Shown in pieces: positions 1 through 7,847 of a stretch of DNA of 20,000 nt. This DNA comes from an uncultured virus (IMG/VR IMGVR_UViG_2811995091_000109). Taxonomy: Duplodnaviria > Heunggongvirae > Uroviricota > Caudoviricetes. Below the pieces are notes generated by a model that saw only the letters and a list, made by a program, of their open reading frames with translations, was not told where the DNA came from and did no database searches. Where the stretch lies: the IMG/VR virus record IMGVR_UViG_2811995091_000109, positions 56,076 to 76,075 of that record. One strand, 5' to 3'. Numbering within the stretch: position 1 is the stretch's first letter; every line of letters starts with the position of its first letter. The translations under genes and the position numbers were made by a program.

Positions 1-643
1 ACGCAATCTTACCAATTGTGGTTCCGTCAGAAAATAAGGCAGGACTTTCAACTTTTCTTGTAAATTGTAAAGTTACTTTGTTATCACCCTCTATATGCAG
101 CAGGGTCGCCGGAACCGCCTCACCATCATAAGGAGCATCTGTTCCTATTCCAACTCTTATATTTTCATAATCATAAACAAAATTAGCATCGCCGCCAAAC
201 TCGCCATCTTTATTGTATTGAATGTGAGTATCTTCGCCACCGATTGTCATAGACAGATCTAAGTAATAACACCTCTCTCCGCCTGACTCTGTGTACTCAG
301 GTATTGTGAGTTGTTCTGTATGCTCTGAGGGTTTATTATATATACTCTCTGAATAACATTGTATGTTATCTACCTGAACGGCTGGAGTTGTTCCGTCATA
401 TCCTCCAAGATTCTTGTGAGCTAACTGCCCTCTTACGTGTTCACCGTTCGTTAAATAGACCTTAGATGCGTGACCATCTGTGTGCGCACCATCATGCACA
501 TGCCCATAGACAACAGGATCATATTCATCTGCCGTTGTGTTATAACCATACTCTCCACCATATAAGGCGTTCATAACTTCGGCTGTAACAACCGTTACAG
601 CGGATGTATATCTAGTCAGTTTTGTATCACTATCTGTCGCCAT
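1..643 (-). CDS. Partial (runs off the left edge) tail-fibre/adhesin-like protein; paralogue of 657..3707 in its N-terminal domain
   Basis: Not in the ORF track. Hand translation from ATG at 643 is open to position 1: MATDSDTKLTRYTSAVTVVTAEVMNALYGGEYG...GHVHDGAHTDGHASKV...HVRGQLAHKNLG...IPEY...YYLDL...IQYNKDGEFGGDANFVYDYENIRVGIGTDAP.... The N-terminus aligns by eye with the adjacent ORF. QYNxxGxFGG and VGIGT motifs are common in phage fibre proteins. GAGG SD-like site just upstream. Confidence 0.8.
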   Translation of the reverse strand, partial: MATDSDTKLTRYTSAVTVVTAEVMNALYGGEYGYNTTADEYDPVVYGHVHDGAHTDGHASKVYLTNGEHVRGQLAHKNLGGYDGTTPAVQVDNIQCYSESIYNKPSEHTEQLTIPEYTESGGERCYYLDLSMTIGGEDTHIQYNKDGEFGGDANFVYDYENIRVGIGTDAPYDGEAVPATLLHIEGDNKVTLQFTRKVESPALFSDGTTIGKIA

Positions 644-656
644 TACTTAAACCTCA

Positions 657-3600
657 TCATGGTGGTCCCGCTGAGTGCATCGCTAAGTGAAGAGCATTTT
701 CTACGACTTCAACTCTGGCAACAATGCACTCTCCGACCCAATTTGCTGGATCATTGTTTATAACAACAGCAAATAAACCAGGAAGCTCTCCTGAGTTTGC
801 GACAATCCATCCGTCAAGATCTCCCCAACTTCCATCATTTGCAGGAGCTGTAATGCTATGTGTAAAAAATATTTCAAAATCAGTTCCAGCGGTTGGAGTA
901 TTAGGGTTAGATATTGTAGCTACAGAAGAATTAAAACTTACTGCCATAGGGATTTCATTACTAGAATAAGCAAACCTTCCATCTGGGTAAGTAATTATGC
1001 CTCCAGACATCTTAAATGCAATACAGTGAGGAATGCTTCCAGCCCCACCGTTAACCTCTGAAAACCTTAAAATGCAATCAAGAGAATAAGAGTAAGAGCT
1101 GTTGGGCCTCGGAACAAGCTTTTCCCCTCGAAAGCCGAAGTGACCCAACGTTGCGCCATCCAAATAAGCCCCAAACTTTTGAGGAGAAGCGGGTGGAAAT
1201 ACTGCATTTATATCTGGATAGTCCCAGTGTCCAGAGAATGTAAGAACGAATGTTTGAGATGAGCCCGTAGGGTATTCTGCCGGAAGTAAATCCAAAGCCC
1301 AAATCCCAGGCCCTCCTCCTATATCATAGTCCTCTAAAACAGCATCGCCGGTAATCGCAAAAGCATGAGATGCCTGGGAAGTTTGGCCTCTTAAATATGA
1401 AAATGAAGATAAACCAAAAGCGGTTGAATAATGACCAGAGGTTGTATCCATCCCTCCTTTTATTAAATTGCCTTCCCCTCCTAAGACGGATGAGTGTTCA
1501 ACAGCGGAAATGCTGTTATCACTTCCACAAAGAACGGCAGAAGCTTTTGACGCCTGCAAAATAAGATTGGTCTTACCAGAGCCTATAAAGCTATGATCAG
1601 AACCGTCTGAAACCTGATTACCTTGTCCGCACACTATTGAGGAGTAATCAACCTCATTCATTATGCAGAATTCTCCCGCACCAATGAAGTTAACGCCAAA
1701 TCCATCTCCGGTTATCTCATTTGCACTTCCACAAACTATAGCTGTATATGGACTTACTGCAAGAATCTTATTAAGCTTTCCTCCTCCTACGAAACCCCCT
1801 GGGCTTCCGCTTCCTCCTGATCCGACAAAGTTTTCTTCGCCACCGCCAATGAAGGACGCCCATGAGTCTACTATTGAATTTAATTTTCCTGATGCAATTC
1901 CGCTATTGGTAGCAGCGTTTATAGAAGATCGTTCTCCCGCTCCAATAAATGACAAACCTGATGTGCCATCAATTACATTTCCAATCCCTCCAACAATAGT
2001 TGATGTTGTGCTGTCAGCAATACGGTTAGCATCGCCACCGCCAGGACCTCCTCCTCCTCCAATAAAGGAGTAGCCAGAGGTTGTAATGCTATTATCTTTT
2101 CCGCCACAAATTGCAGAATAGCTAGAGCTTTGATATATATTTATACCTTCTCCACCAAGTATTGACGAAGAAGGGGATTCCACCTTATTGGTTGAGCCTC
2201 CTCCGACAACGGCATGATCAGAGGTCATTTCAATAGAGTTAGATTCGCCTCCTCCAACAACAGAGTAAGGAGAAGTGGCTTCCACCTTATTGGTTGAGCC
2301 TCCTCCAATAAAAGAGTATTCTGAACTCTCTATAATCTTGTTTGATCCGCCTCCTGTTATCGTAGAGGCTGTGCATGGAAATGAAACACCTGTGTTTTGT
2401 TCTCCAATCTCATTCGCTGCGCCACCGCCGACAAACGACCAACCAGAGCCATCATAAACTTTATTAAGATTTCCACCCCCAATAACAGAGTATTCGCATG
2501 AAGCTGTAATCGCCGGAGCAACAACTGTTGTTCCAATTTCGTTTCCAAGTCCACCGCTGATCGTAGAGGCTTGCGATCCGTCTAACACTTTATTGGCTGA
2601 GCCACCAGATACAGTTGAGTAATCAGATCCTTCTTTTGCTTCATTGCTTAGACCGCCTGAGATTACCGAGTATTGATCGCCTACAGTATTGGTACTTCCC
2701 CCGCCAATTGCAGTATAGTCAGCAGAGGCTTGATTGCTAGCCCCGCCAGATACAGTTGACCAGCCTCCAGAAGCTGTAATTTGACTGCCTCCAGATGCGG
2801 TTGAGTAATCTCCAGAAGCTGTAACTTGATTGCCTCCAGATACCACGGCAGCCTCTCCGCTTGCAGTGTTTTCAAAGCCGCCGCCAACAGTGGCCTTTAT
2901 TGTATCGGCTGTATTATCATATCCACCGCCAACTGTTGTGTTTGCAGCCGAGGCTTCATTACTCTGCCCGCCGGAGACAACAGCGTTTAAAGACGAAGCC
3001 TCATTTCCTCTACCTCCAGAAACAGTCGAGGAGCTTCCAGACGCAGTTGTGTTTACTCCAAACGCAGTAGAGTAGTCCCCCCTGTTAGCCTCATCCCATT
3101 GATCCGAGTCAACAGAGCCTGCTCTAAAGGCGGCTTTGTCTCTATCATAGAGAAGCCTATTGTCTCCAGAGGTTCCAAATGCTAAGTCGTCTAATGAATT
3201 AGATCCAAATACAAAGTCATACCCGCTGTCTTCAAAGGATAGGCCATCATCGTCTTCTCTCTGTCTTATTAATTTTGTTTCCAAACCAGGAGCAAGGCCA
3301 CGCTCTAAGGAGGGGTCTTCAATCTCGTGGAATGTAAAGTCTGAACGAATAATTCTTAGATCGAGGTAATAATATATATCTCCATCTACATCTTCATACT
3401 CTGGAATTACCTCATCTTGATAAACAGAGTCATAAACATTATTCTTCATTACTGCATCATCACCCAGGTTGGCATGAACCAGTACGCCTCTTACATGAAA
3501 GGGGTCTGACAAGCTTACTCTTGACGCGTGTCCGTCTACGTGTTCTCCGTCATGTACGTGTCCGTGCGCGAGTGGATGATAGGAGTCCAAAGACGATACT

Positions 3601-3707
3601 TCGCTCGTTCCATACAGTCCCCCAAAAAGAGAATTAGCTAAGTCTGCAGTAACTACGGTAACTGCAGATTCAAATTTTGTAAGCTTGCCATCGCTGTCTG
3701 TCGCCAT
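657..3707 (-). CDS. 1016-aa tail-fibre/adhesin-like protein with a long Gly-rich beta-roll repeat region (YadA-head/Hep_Hag-like S-x-[VI]-x-GG-x-x-N repeats)
   Basis: Long ORF with AGGA SD. Dozens of imperfect 14-17 aa repeats (STVSGGRGNEAS, AVVSGGQSNEAS, SFIGGGSTNKVE) follow a 'KAAFRAG...QWD...GDYSTAFG' entry motif. His-rich N-terminal domain and non-repetitive C-terminal ~240 aa. No obvious signal peptide or autotransporter anchor. Confidence 0.75.
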   Translation of the reverse strand: MATDSDGKLTKFESAVTVVTADLANSLFGGLYGTSEVSSLDSYHPLAHGHVHDGEHVDGHASRVSLSDPFHVRGVLVHANLGDDAVMKNNVYDSVYQDEVIPEYEDVDGDIYYYLDLRIIRSDFTFHEIEDPSLERGLAPGLETKLIRQREDDDGLSFEDSGYDFVFGSNSLDDLAFGTSGDNRLLYDRDKAAFRAGSVDSDQWDEANRGDYSTAFGVNTTASGSSSTVSGGRGNEASSLNAVVSGGQSNEASAANTTVGGGYDNTADTIKATVGGGFENTASGEAAVVSGGNQVTASGDYSTASGGSQITASGGWSTVSGGASNQASADYTAIGGGSTNTVGDQYSVISGGLSNEAKEGSDYSTVSGGSANKVLDGSQASTISGGLGNEIGTTVVAPAITASCEYSVIGGGNLNKVYDGSGWSFVGGGAANEIGEQNTGVSFPCTASTITGGGSNKIIESSEYSFIGGGSTNKVEATSPYSVVGGGESNSIEMTSDHAVVGGGSTNKVESPSSSILGGEGINIYQSSSYSAICGGKDNSITTSGYSFIGGGGGPGGGDANRIADSTTSTIVGGIGNVIDGTSGLSFIGAGERSSINAATNSGIASGKLNSIVDSWASFIGGGEENFVGSGGSGSPGGFVGGGKLNKILAVSPYTAIVCGSANEITGDGFGVNFIGAGEFCIMNEVDYSSIVCGQGNQVSDGSDHSFIGSGKTNLILQASKASAVLCGSDNSISAVEHSSVLGGEGNLIKGGMDTTSGHYSTAFGLSSFSYLRGQTSQASHAFAITGDAVLEDYDIGGGPGIWALDLLPAEYPTGSSQTFVLTFSGHWDYPDINAVFPPASPQKFGAYLDGATLGHFGFRGEKLVPRPNSSYSYSLDCILRFSEVNGGAGSIPHCIAFKMSGGIITYPDGRFAYSSNEIPMAVSFNSSVATISNPNTPTAGTDFEIFFTHSITAPANDGSWGDLDGWIVANSGELPGLFAVVINNDPANWVGECIVARVEVVENALHLAMHSAGPP
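1410..3080 (-). repeat. Coding repeat region (imperfect ~14-aa then ~16-17-aa GGxxN repeats) within the fibre-like gene
   Basis: Periodic GG..N motif in the translation, bracketed by two YSTAFG copies (GDYSTAFG near 3080, GHYSTAFG near 1420). Boundaries are approximate. Confidence 0.85.
2178..2306. repeat. Exact 27-bp direct repeat TTCCACCTTATTGGTTGAGCCTCCTCC at 2178-2204 and 2280-2306
   Basis: Seen directly. The copies are 102 bp (34 codons) apart and both encode GGGSTNKVE. Confidence 0.9.
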
Positions 3708-3716
3708 TATAATCCT

Positions 3717-4007
3717 TTATTTTAAATTTTTAAAATGCTTTTTAATCTTATCACTTACTTTAAACTTAACAGATTTATAAGGCTTTAACGCCATCTCCTC
3801 TTGTGTCTTTGGGTTTCTGACAGGGCGAGAGGCATGGGTGTATAGATAATACTTTCCAAACCCAACTATAGATACCTCGCCATCTTCTTCTAACGATTCA
3901 ATTATTGTATCAATTAATTCGTCTATAACCTGTAGAGCTTCTTTTTGAGACAAGAGTGTTTTCGCCGCGACCTTTTTTGCCAAATCTTTTTTATTTACCA
4001 TATTCAT
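3717..4007 (-). CDS. hup: HU/IHF-family histone-like DNA-binding protein
   Basis: NKKDLAKKVA N-terminus, GEVSIVGFGKY, RPVRNPKTQEEM arm and VKFKVSDKIK match the HU family. Start could be the second Met (4001). Confidence 0.93.
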   Translation of the reverse strand: MNMVNKKDLAKKVAAKTLLSQKEALQVIDELIDTIIESLEEDGEVSIVGFGKYYLYTHASRPVRNPKTQEEMALKPYKSVKFKVSDKIKKHFKNLK

Positions 4008-4053
4008 AACCCTTCAACACAAACGTGTGCGTGCATATAACGATACAATCTCG

Positions 4054-4064
4054 AATATTAATAG
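4054..4064 (-). promoter_or_regulatory. Candidate phage promoter motif CTATTAATATT upstream of the HU-fibre genes
   Basis: Intergenic. The same 11-mer occurs at 18470-18480, and related AT-rich cores lie in the intergenic gaps near 5803-5812 and 16617-16623. Function is inferred only. Confidence 0.3.
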
Positions 4065-4065
4065 C

Positions 4066-4284
4066 TCATATAATATCATCGTCATCAAATTGTCCAATGT
4101 ATTTCTTAGACTTTTCGTAATCATCATCTAACTCTTCTTTTCTATCAAAATAGTGCCTATACACTCTAGCGATATCTCCTTCGTCTATCCTGTCCACAGC
4201 TATGCCGTAGTTCTCATACATCTTATCAACTTTGTTTTTTATCTTTTCCACTTCTGCTTCTATCAATGTTCTTTTAGACGACAC
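4066..4284 (-). CDS. Small acidic hypothetical protein (72 aa)
   Basis: GTG start preceded by a strong GGAGGAG SD. Fills the gap between neighbours. No recognisable motif. Confidence 0.75.
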   Translation of the reverse strand: MSSKRTLIEAEVEKIKNKVDKMYENYGIAVDRIDEGDIARVYRHYFDRKEELDDDYEKSKKYIGQFDDDDII

Positions 4285-4304
4285 AGCTCCTCCACTACAA
4301 ACTA

Positions 4305-4685
4305 CTAAACACCATCAGCTTTTTTAACTATATGTCTGCATACGTTAATCATCTCTTTCTTTGACATTTTTAACTTCAATGCGTTCACACAGTAAGCGCA
4401 CCATACAATATTCCCCTTTACATATCCTAAGTCTGGAATAACGCAGTCTAAAGACATTTTAAACGGATCATGTGTACGGTCCTTATTCTTTTTTACAATA
4501 TTTAATTTCATATCAGAATAGAAACATCTTCCATCCTGTTTTTCAAACAGTTCTAATATATATTCTTTTGTTAATTCAAAAGGTATATTCTTTTTCCTTG
4601 CTCTGTTTCGAGCATTCTGAATAGCTCTTCCAAACATAATGCTTGGATAGTCTAAACATTTTTGTCTCCAACTGGTAACAGTCAT
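4305..4685 (-). CDS. HNH-like (His-Me finger) endonuclease-family protein of phage type
   Basis: Pattern F-x-LT...Q-x-G-x-CFYS...SLD...GYVKGNIVWC...VN..K resembles the phage SLDRID...GY..GN family. Start moved from 4715 to ATG 4685, which has a GGAG SD at 4693-4696 and follows the khpA stop. Confidence 0.65.
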   Translation of the reverse strand: MTVTSWRQKCLDYPSIMFGRAIQNARNRARKKNIPFELTKEYILELFEKQDGRCFYSDMKLNIVKKNKDRTHDPFKMSLDCVIPDLGYVKGNIVWCAYCVNALKLKMSKKEMINVCRHIVKKADGV

Positions 4686-4689
4686 AAAT

Positions 4690-4947
4690 TTACTCCAAGG
4701 GTTTATTAAACACATTAATCATAATCTTCTCACCATTCTTTGCGCCAGCTGCTTTTGCAACTGTTCTTAAGGCACTAGCAATTCTTCCTTGCTTTCCAAT
4801 GACCTTTCCAACATCATCTTTTCCAACCTTTATTTCAAAAAGTCTTCCTTCTTTTTCTGTTTCAGCCTCTTGAACACTTACTGACTCTACATCATCAACA
4901 ATACTTGTAACCATTGTGTTTAATAGTAATTCAATACTTGTACTCAT
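4690..4947 (-). CDS. khpA: KH-domain RNA-binding protein, KhpA/YlqC family
   Basis: 85 aa with DDVGKVIGKQGRIASALRTVAKAAG (GxxG KH loop = GKQG). Size and layout (LL..MV..IVD...V.V) are typical of KhpA. Confidence 0.9.
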   Translation of the reverse strand: MSTSIELLLNTMVTSIVDDVESVSVQEAETEKEGRLFEIKVGKDDVGKVIGKQGRIASALRTVAKAAGAKNGEKIMINVFNKPLE

Positions 4948-4948
4948 T

Positions 4949-5452
4949 TTACCTCTCCCTTATATCAATAGATATCATTTCTTCTTCTTCTTTCTTTGGA
5001 ACCAAAACTTCAAGCAATCCATTTTCCATAGAAGCTTGAACCTTTGTCAAATCAAAAGAAGGATTTATAAAATATTTTGTTTTAAAGTTTCTTCTTGCGA
5101 TACCTCTAACAATCATCCCCTGTTGAACCCCAATCTTCGGAACCTTTAATGGATAATCATCTTCCTCGTCACCTGCCGCAACTTGATCATTAGAGCCTTC
5201 TAACTTGCTTCCGATTCCACTTATAAATAACTCATTATTTTTAACATCAACAGTAACGTCTTTGGGCGAATACCCGGCCAATGCAAAGGCCATATGAAAA
5301 CCAGTCTCATCACACCACTGGTCGCACCTTGGAAACTTTCCAGCAGAAGTTATTTTTTTATGAGAAGAAACATCTCTAAAAAATTCATCATCAGCCCACA
5401 ATAAATCTACTACCCTACCCGGTATAGATATTCTATTCAACGTGTCCTTCAT
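4949..5452 (-). CDS. Small heat-shock protein, Hsp20/alpha-crystallin family
   Basis: FP..D...ALAGYS..DV.V...NNEL.ISG, RGIARRNF, ASMENGLLEVLVPK and a C-terminal I-x-I motif (ISIDIR). Start likely ATG 5452 with GGAG SD at 5462-5465; the track gives 5467. Confidence 0.92.
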   Translation of the reverse strand: MKDTLNRISIPGRVVDLLWADDEFFRDVSSHKKITSAGKFPRCDQWCDETGFHMAFALAGYSPKDVTVDVKNNELFISGIGSKLEGSNDQVAAGDEEDDYPLKVPKIGVQQGMIVRGIARRNFKTKYFINPSFDLTKVQASMENGLLEVLVPKKEEEEMISIDIRER

Positions 5453-5765
5453 TATCTTCTTCTCCATTTTCTAACATTGTGTCAAAATATACACCTATTG
5501 CAAAAATAGATTCTACAATATTTGAGATACTCCAGCTAAACAAACTAGATACAGCAGCTCCCCATATGGGGTTTACTCCTGTTAGCAAGGCTGCAACAAG
5601 CCCAACCCAAAAGCCCGAGCACATAGTGCAATTAATTAATTTACCTAAGAAAGTTGACTTTGAAGTTACAAAGTCTCTAACAGGTTCCAAGACGGAGCTT
5701 GATACAAGGATTATTGTAAGTCCTGCACAACCAAATGTAAAAAGAAACAAATCAACTATACTCAT
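5433..5765 (-). CDS. Small membrane protein, DUF1360-like
   Basis: Hydrophobic segments flank GKLINCTMCSGFWVG, which resembles the G-x-L-x-x-C-x-x-C-x-x-x-W motif of DUF1360. GGAG SD upstream. Confidence 0.65.
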   Translation of the reverse strand: MSIVDLFLFTFGCAGLTIILVSSSVLEPVRDFVTSKSTFLGKLINCTMCSGFWVGLVAALLTGVNPIWGAAVSSLFSWSISNIVESIFAIGVYFDTMLENGEEDNEGHVE

Positions 5766-5830
5766 AGTATTACTCCAGCTAAGTTATATATACTTAAAAA
5801 TCATATTAATATCAATTAATTTTTGGATAT

Positions 5831-5872
5831 AACCCCTTGCAAATTTCTGTGAAGTTTTTGCCCGAAGGGGTT
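5831..5872. other. Imperfect stem-loop in the thyX-DUF1360 intergenic gap (possible terminator or RNA element)
   Basis: AACCCCTT (5831-5838) pairs with AAGGGGTT (5865-5872), with an inner GCAAA/TTTGC pair. No long U tract on the minus strand. Confidence 0.45.
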
Positions 5873-5876
5873 TAAT

Positions 5877-6599
5877 TTAGTCGCAGCAAATATTAGCACA
5901 GAGACTGCTTCTATAAGCACCGACAGTTATCGGCCATAACTCATAGGCTATACCCAGGCAAGCTTCCGCAACCTTTTGCGTTTCCCACTGTGCTCCTTCG
6001 TGAATTCTTAAGTCTATAAACTTCAAAAGATTACTCAGGTTTACAGTTCCATAATATTCTGTATACATATTTTGAGGAAGAACCCCTCGGGCCTGCTCTC
6101 TACACACGCCAGCTTCAACTAGTCTTTCGTATAAAGTCAAACTTATCTTATTATGTTCTTTGATAGCATCAGAAGATACCATCGCAGCATAATGTTGTCT
6201 CGGATAAGAAATCAATGGGTTGGCTTTATCTGTATTGCTTGCTTGCCTATTTGACTTATGCTGTGTCCTAAAAGATTCAGGTTCATAAAACTTAATATCT
6301 ACATCGGTATATCTTCTGGATATTTCATTATATGACCAAGTTCTATGACGATGATGTTGACTTCGCACAAACAATGGTACGCAAAAACGAAAGGTAACAA
6401 CATTATGCTCTAATGTTGAAGTATGTTTATTTTGAATCAAATACTTTATTAGTCGCTTATCTTTATCGTCTAAATCTTCTTTGGTCTTTCCAAAGCTGAC
6501 TCTAGCACTATTTACCACAGTGAGGTCCGAACCCATGTACTCCACAAGCTCTACCGCCCCAATACCATCGTCATATAGCTCAACCCTGTTGGGCTTCAT
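5877..6599 (-). CDS. thyX: Flavin-dependent thymidylate synthase
   Basis: ThyX signature RHRTWSYNEISRRY, plus VNSARVSF, HTSTLEH, REQARGVLPQ, NLSNLLKFIDLR and AQWE. Confidence 0.97.
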   Translation of the reverse strand: MKPNRVELYDDGIGAVELVEYMGSDLTVVNSARVSFGKTKEDLDDKDKRLIKYLIQNKHTSTLEHNVVTFRFCVPLFVRSQHHRHRTWSYNEISRRYTDVDIKFYEPESFRTQHKSNRQASNTDKANPLISYPRQHYAAMVSSDAIKEHNKISLTLYERLVEAGVCREQARGVLPQNMYTEYYGTVNLSNLLKFIDLRIHEGAQWETQKVAEACLGIAYELWPITVGAYRSSLCANICCD

Positions 6600-7791
6600 C
6601 GCTCCCCCTACACACAGTTAACAGCTGTCTATCTTCATCAAAGATTAAATTCGCTACATCAATAATATCCTGCCTTGTTACAGATTCAATATTATTCATG
6701 TACTCGTCTATTGCTGGTATGTCAAACAGCCTTCTCTTTGTCTCCCAATAGGCAATACTATAACTGTCCTCTATTGCTGCATAAAAAGATGATCTTATTT
6801 TATTTTTAGCGCGTTGGACTTCTTCTTCTGTCGGCATACTTGTTTTAATCATTTTCAGCTCTTTGTCAACAGTTTCTAATGTTTCCTCTATATTCTCTTC
6901 TCTTGTAGAGAATTCTATCATACTTAACCCGCCATGTTGCCAATCGCTATAGTTGGCAGATATACCATATACTAAACCAAGCTTTTCTCGAACCTCTGTA
7001 AACAGCCTACAATCCATTCCTCTTCCTAAGATAGTTATGAGCAACTGTATTGCTCCATCCCACTTTGAGGCCATGTTTACGGCTGGCATACCCATCCATA
7101 AGTAAGTATGTTCAAGGTCTCCTTTCGTAAGCTCTAAATATCTAGAGTCTAAATAGTTTGAATCTTTAAACTTATATGATTTCTTAATCTTTCCATTTTG
7201 CTTTCCAAAATACTTATTAAGAAGCTCTTTAACATCTTTCTTTTTTAAGACACTACAAACAGATACTATTGCATCTTTTCTTTGACAAAATTGAGAATGA
7301 AACCTTCTAACTTCATCGTTAGTAAAGTTAGAGATAGTTTCTTGCGTTCCAAGCACTGGTTCTGCCAAATAATTATCAAAGAATTCTTCAGAAAAATTTC
7401 TCCATATATACATTGTAGGATCATCTTTTGAAGAGGCTTCTTCTTCTTTTACAACTTCTTTTTCTTTTAAAAATTCATCCTCTGGAAACACAGGATTAAA
7501 AACCATATCTGAAAGAATATCCATACACGGTTCTAAATTTTCATAAGGAACAGTTATATAATATGCAACAGATTCATGCGATGTAAAAGCATTTGAATGA
7601 CCCCCAAGAAAGGCTATCTCTCTTTGTATTTGAACGCTGTCTCTTGTGGCGGTTCCTTTGAACAAAGAATGCTCAAGCATATGGGCAATACCAGGGTTAT
7701 ATCCGCCTATCGCCTCAACCCTTGCGCCTGCATTGAAAGCAACTATTATAGTCGCTATTCTGCTGTGTGTTTTGGATATTACATGAATCAC
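6580..7791 (-). CDS. M16 (insulinase/pitrilysin-family, M16B-like) zinc peptidase
   Basis: Inverted zinc motif GIAHMLEHSLFKGT, NAFTS, EKEVVKEE (third ligand region) and C-domain RLFTEVREKLGLVY. Confidence 0.95.
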   Translation of the reverse strand: MIHVISKTHSRIATIIVAFNAGARVEAIGGYNPGIAHMLEHSLFKGTATRDSVQIQREIAFLGGHSNAFTSHESVAYYITVPYENLEPCMDILSDMVFNPVFPEDEFLKEKEVVKEEEASSKDDPTMYIWRNFSEEFFDNYLAEPVLGTQETISNFTNDEVRRFHSQFCQRKDAIVSVCSVLKKKDVKELLNKYFGKQNGKIKKSYKFKDSNYLDSRYLELTKGDLEHTYLWMGMPAVNMASKWDGAIQLLITILGRGMDCRLFTEVREKLGLVYGISANYSDWQHGGLSMIEFSTREENIEETLETVDKELKMIKTSMPTEEEVQRAKNKIRSSFYAAIEDSYSIAYWETKRRLFDIPAIDEYMNNIESVTRQDIIDVANLIFDEDRQLLTVCRGSDEAQQG

Positions 7792-7809
7792 TGATTAACC
7801 CCTAAAGAT

Positions 7810-7844
7810 AAAAAAAGGGTAGAGGCACAAAGCCTCTACCCTTT
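7810..7844 (-). terminator. Rho-independent terminator downstream of the vWA gene
   Basis: Perfect 10-bp stem GGGTAGAGGC/GCCTCTACCC (7817-7826, 7832-7841) with a 5-nt loop, followed on the minus strand by 7 T (7810-7816). Starts a few nt after the stop at 7848. Confidence 0.9.
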
Positions 7845-7847
7845 ATA

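Noticed and set aside
657..3707. Diversity-generating retroelement acting on the fibre gene
   Set aside because: No reverse transcriptase and no ~100-bp template/variable repeat pair differing at adenines were seen; the 27-bp repeat is an internal coding duplication.
5829..5873. Resemblance of ATAACCCCTTG...AGGGGTTT to the T7 terminator (vector contamination)
   Set aside because: Only the outer arms match. The interior differs, there is no poly-T tail, and the flanks are continuous with native genes.
5766..5876. CIRCE heat-shock operator upstream of the Hsp20 block
   Set aside because: No TTAGCACTC-N9-GAGTGCTAA-like sequence is present.
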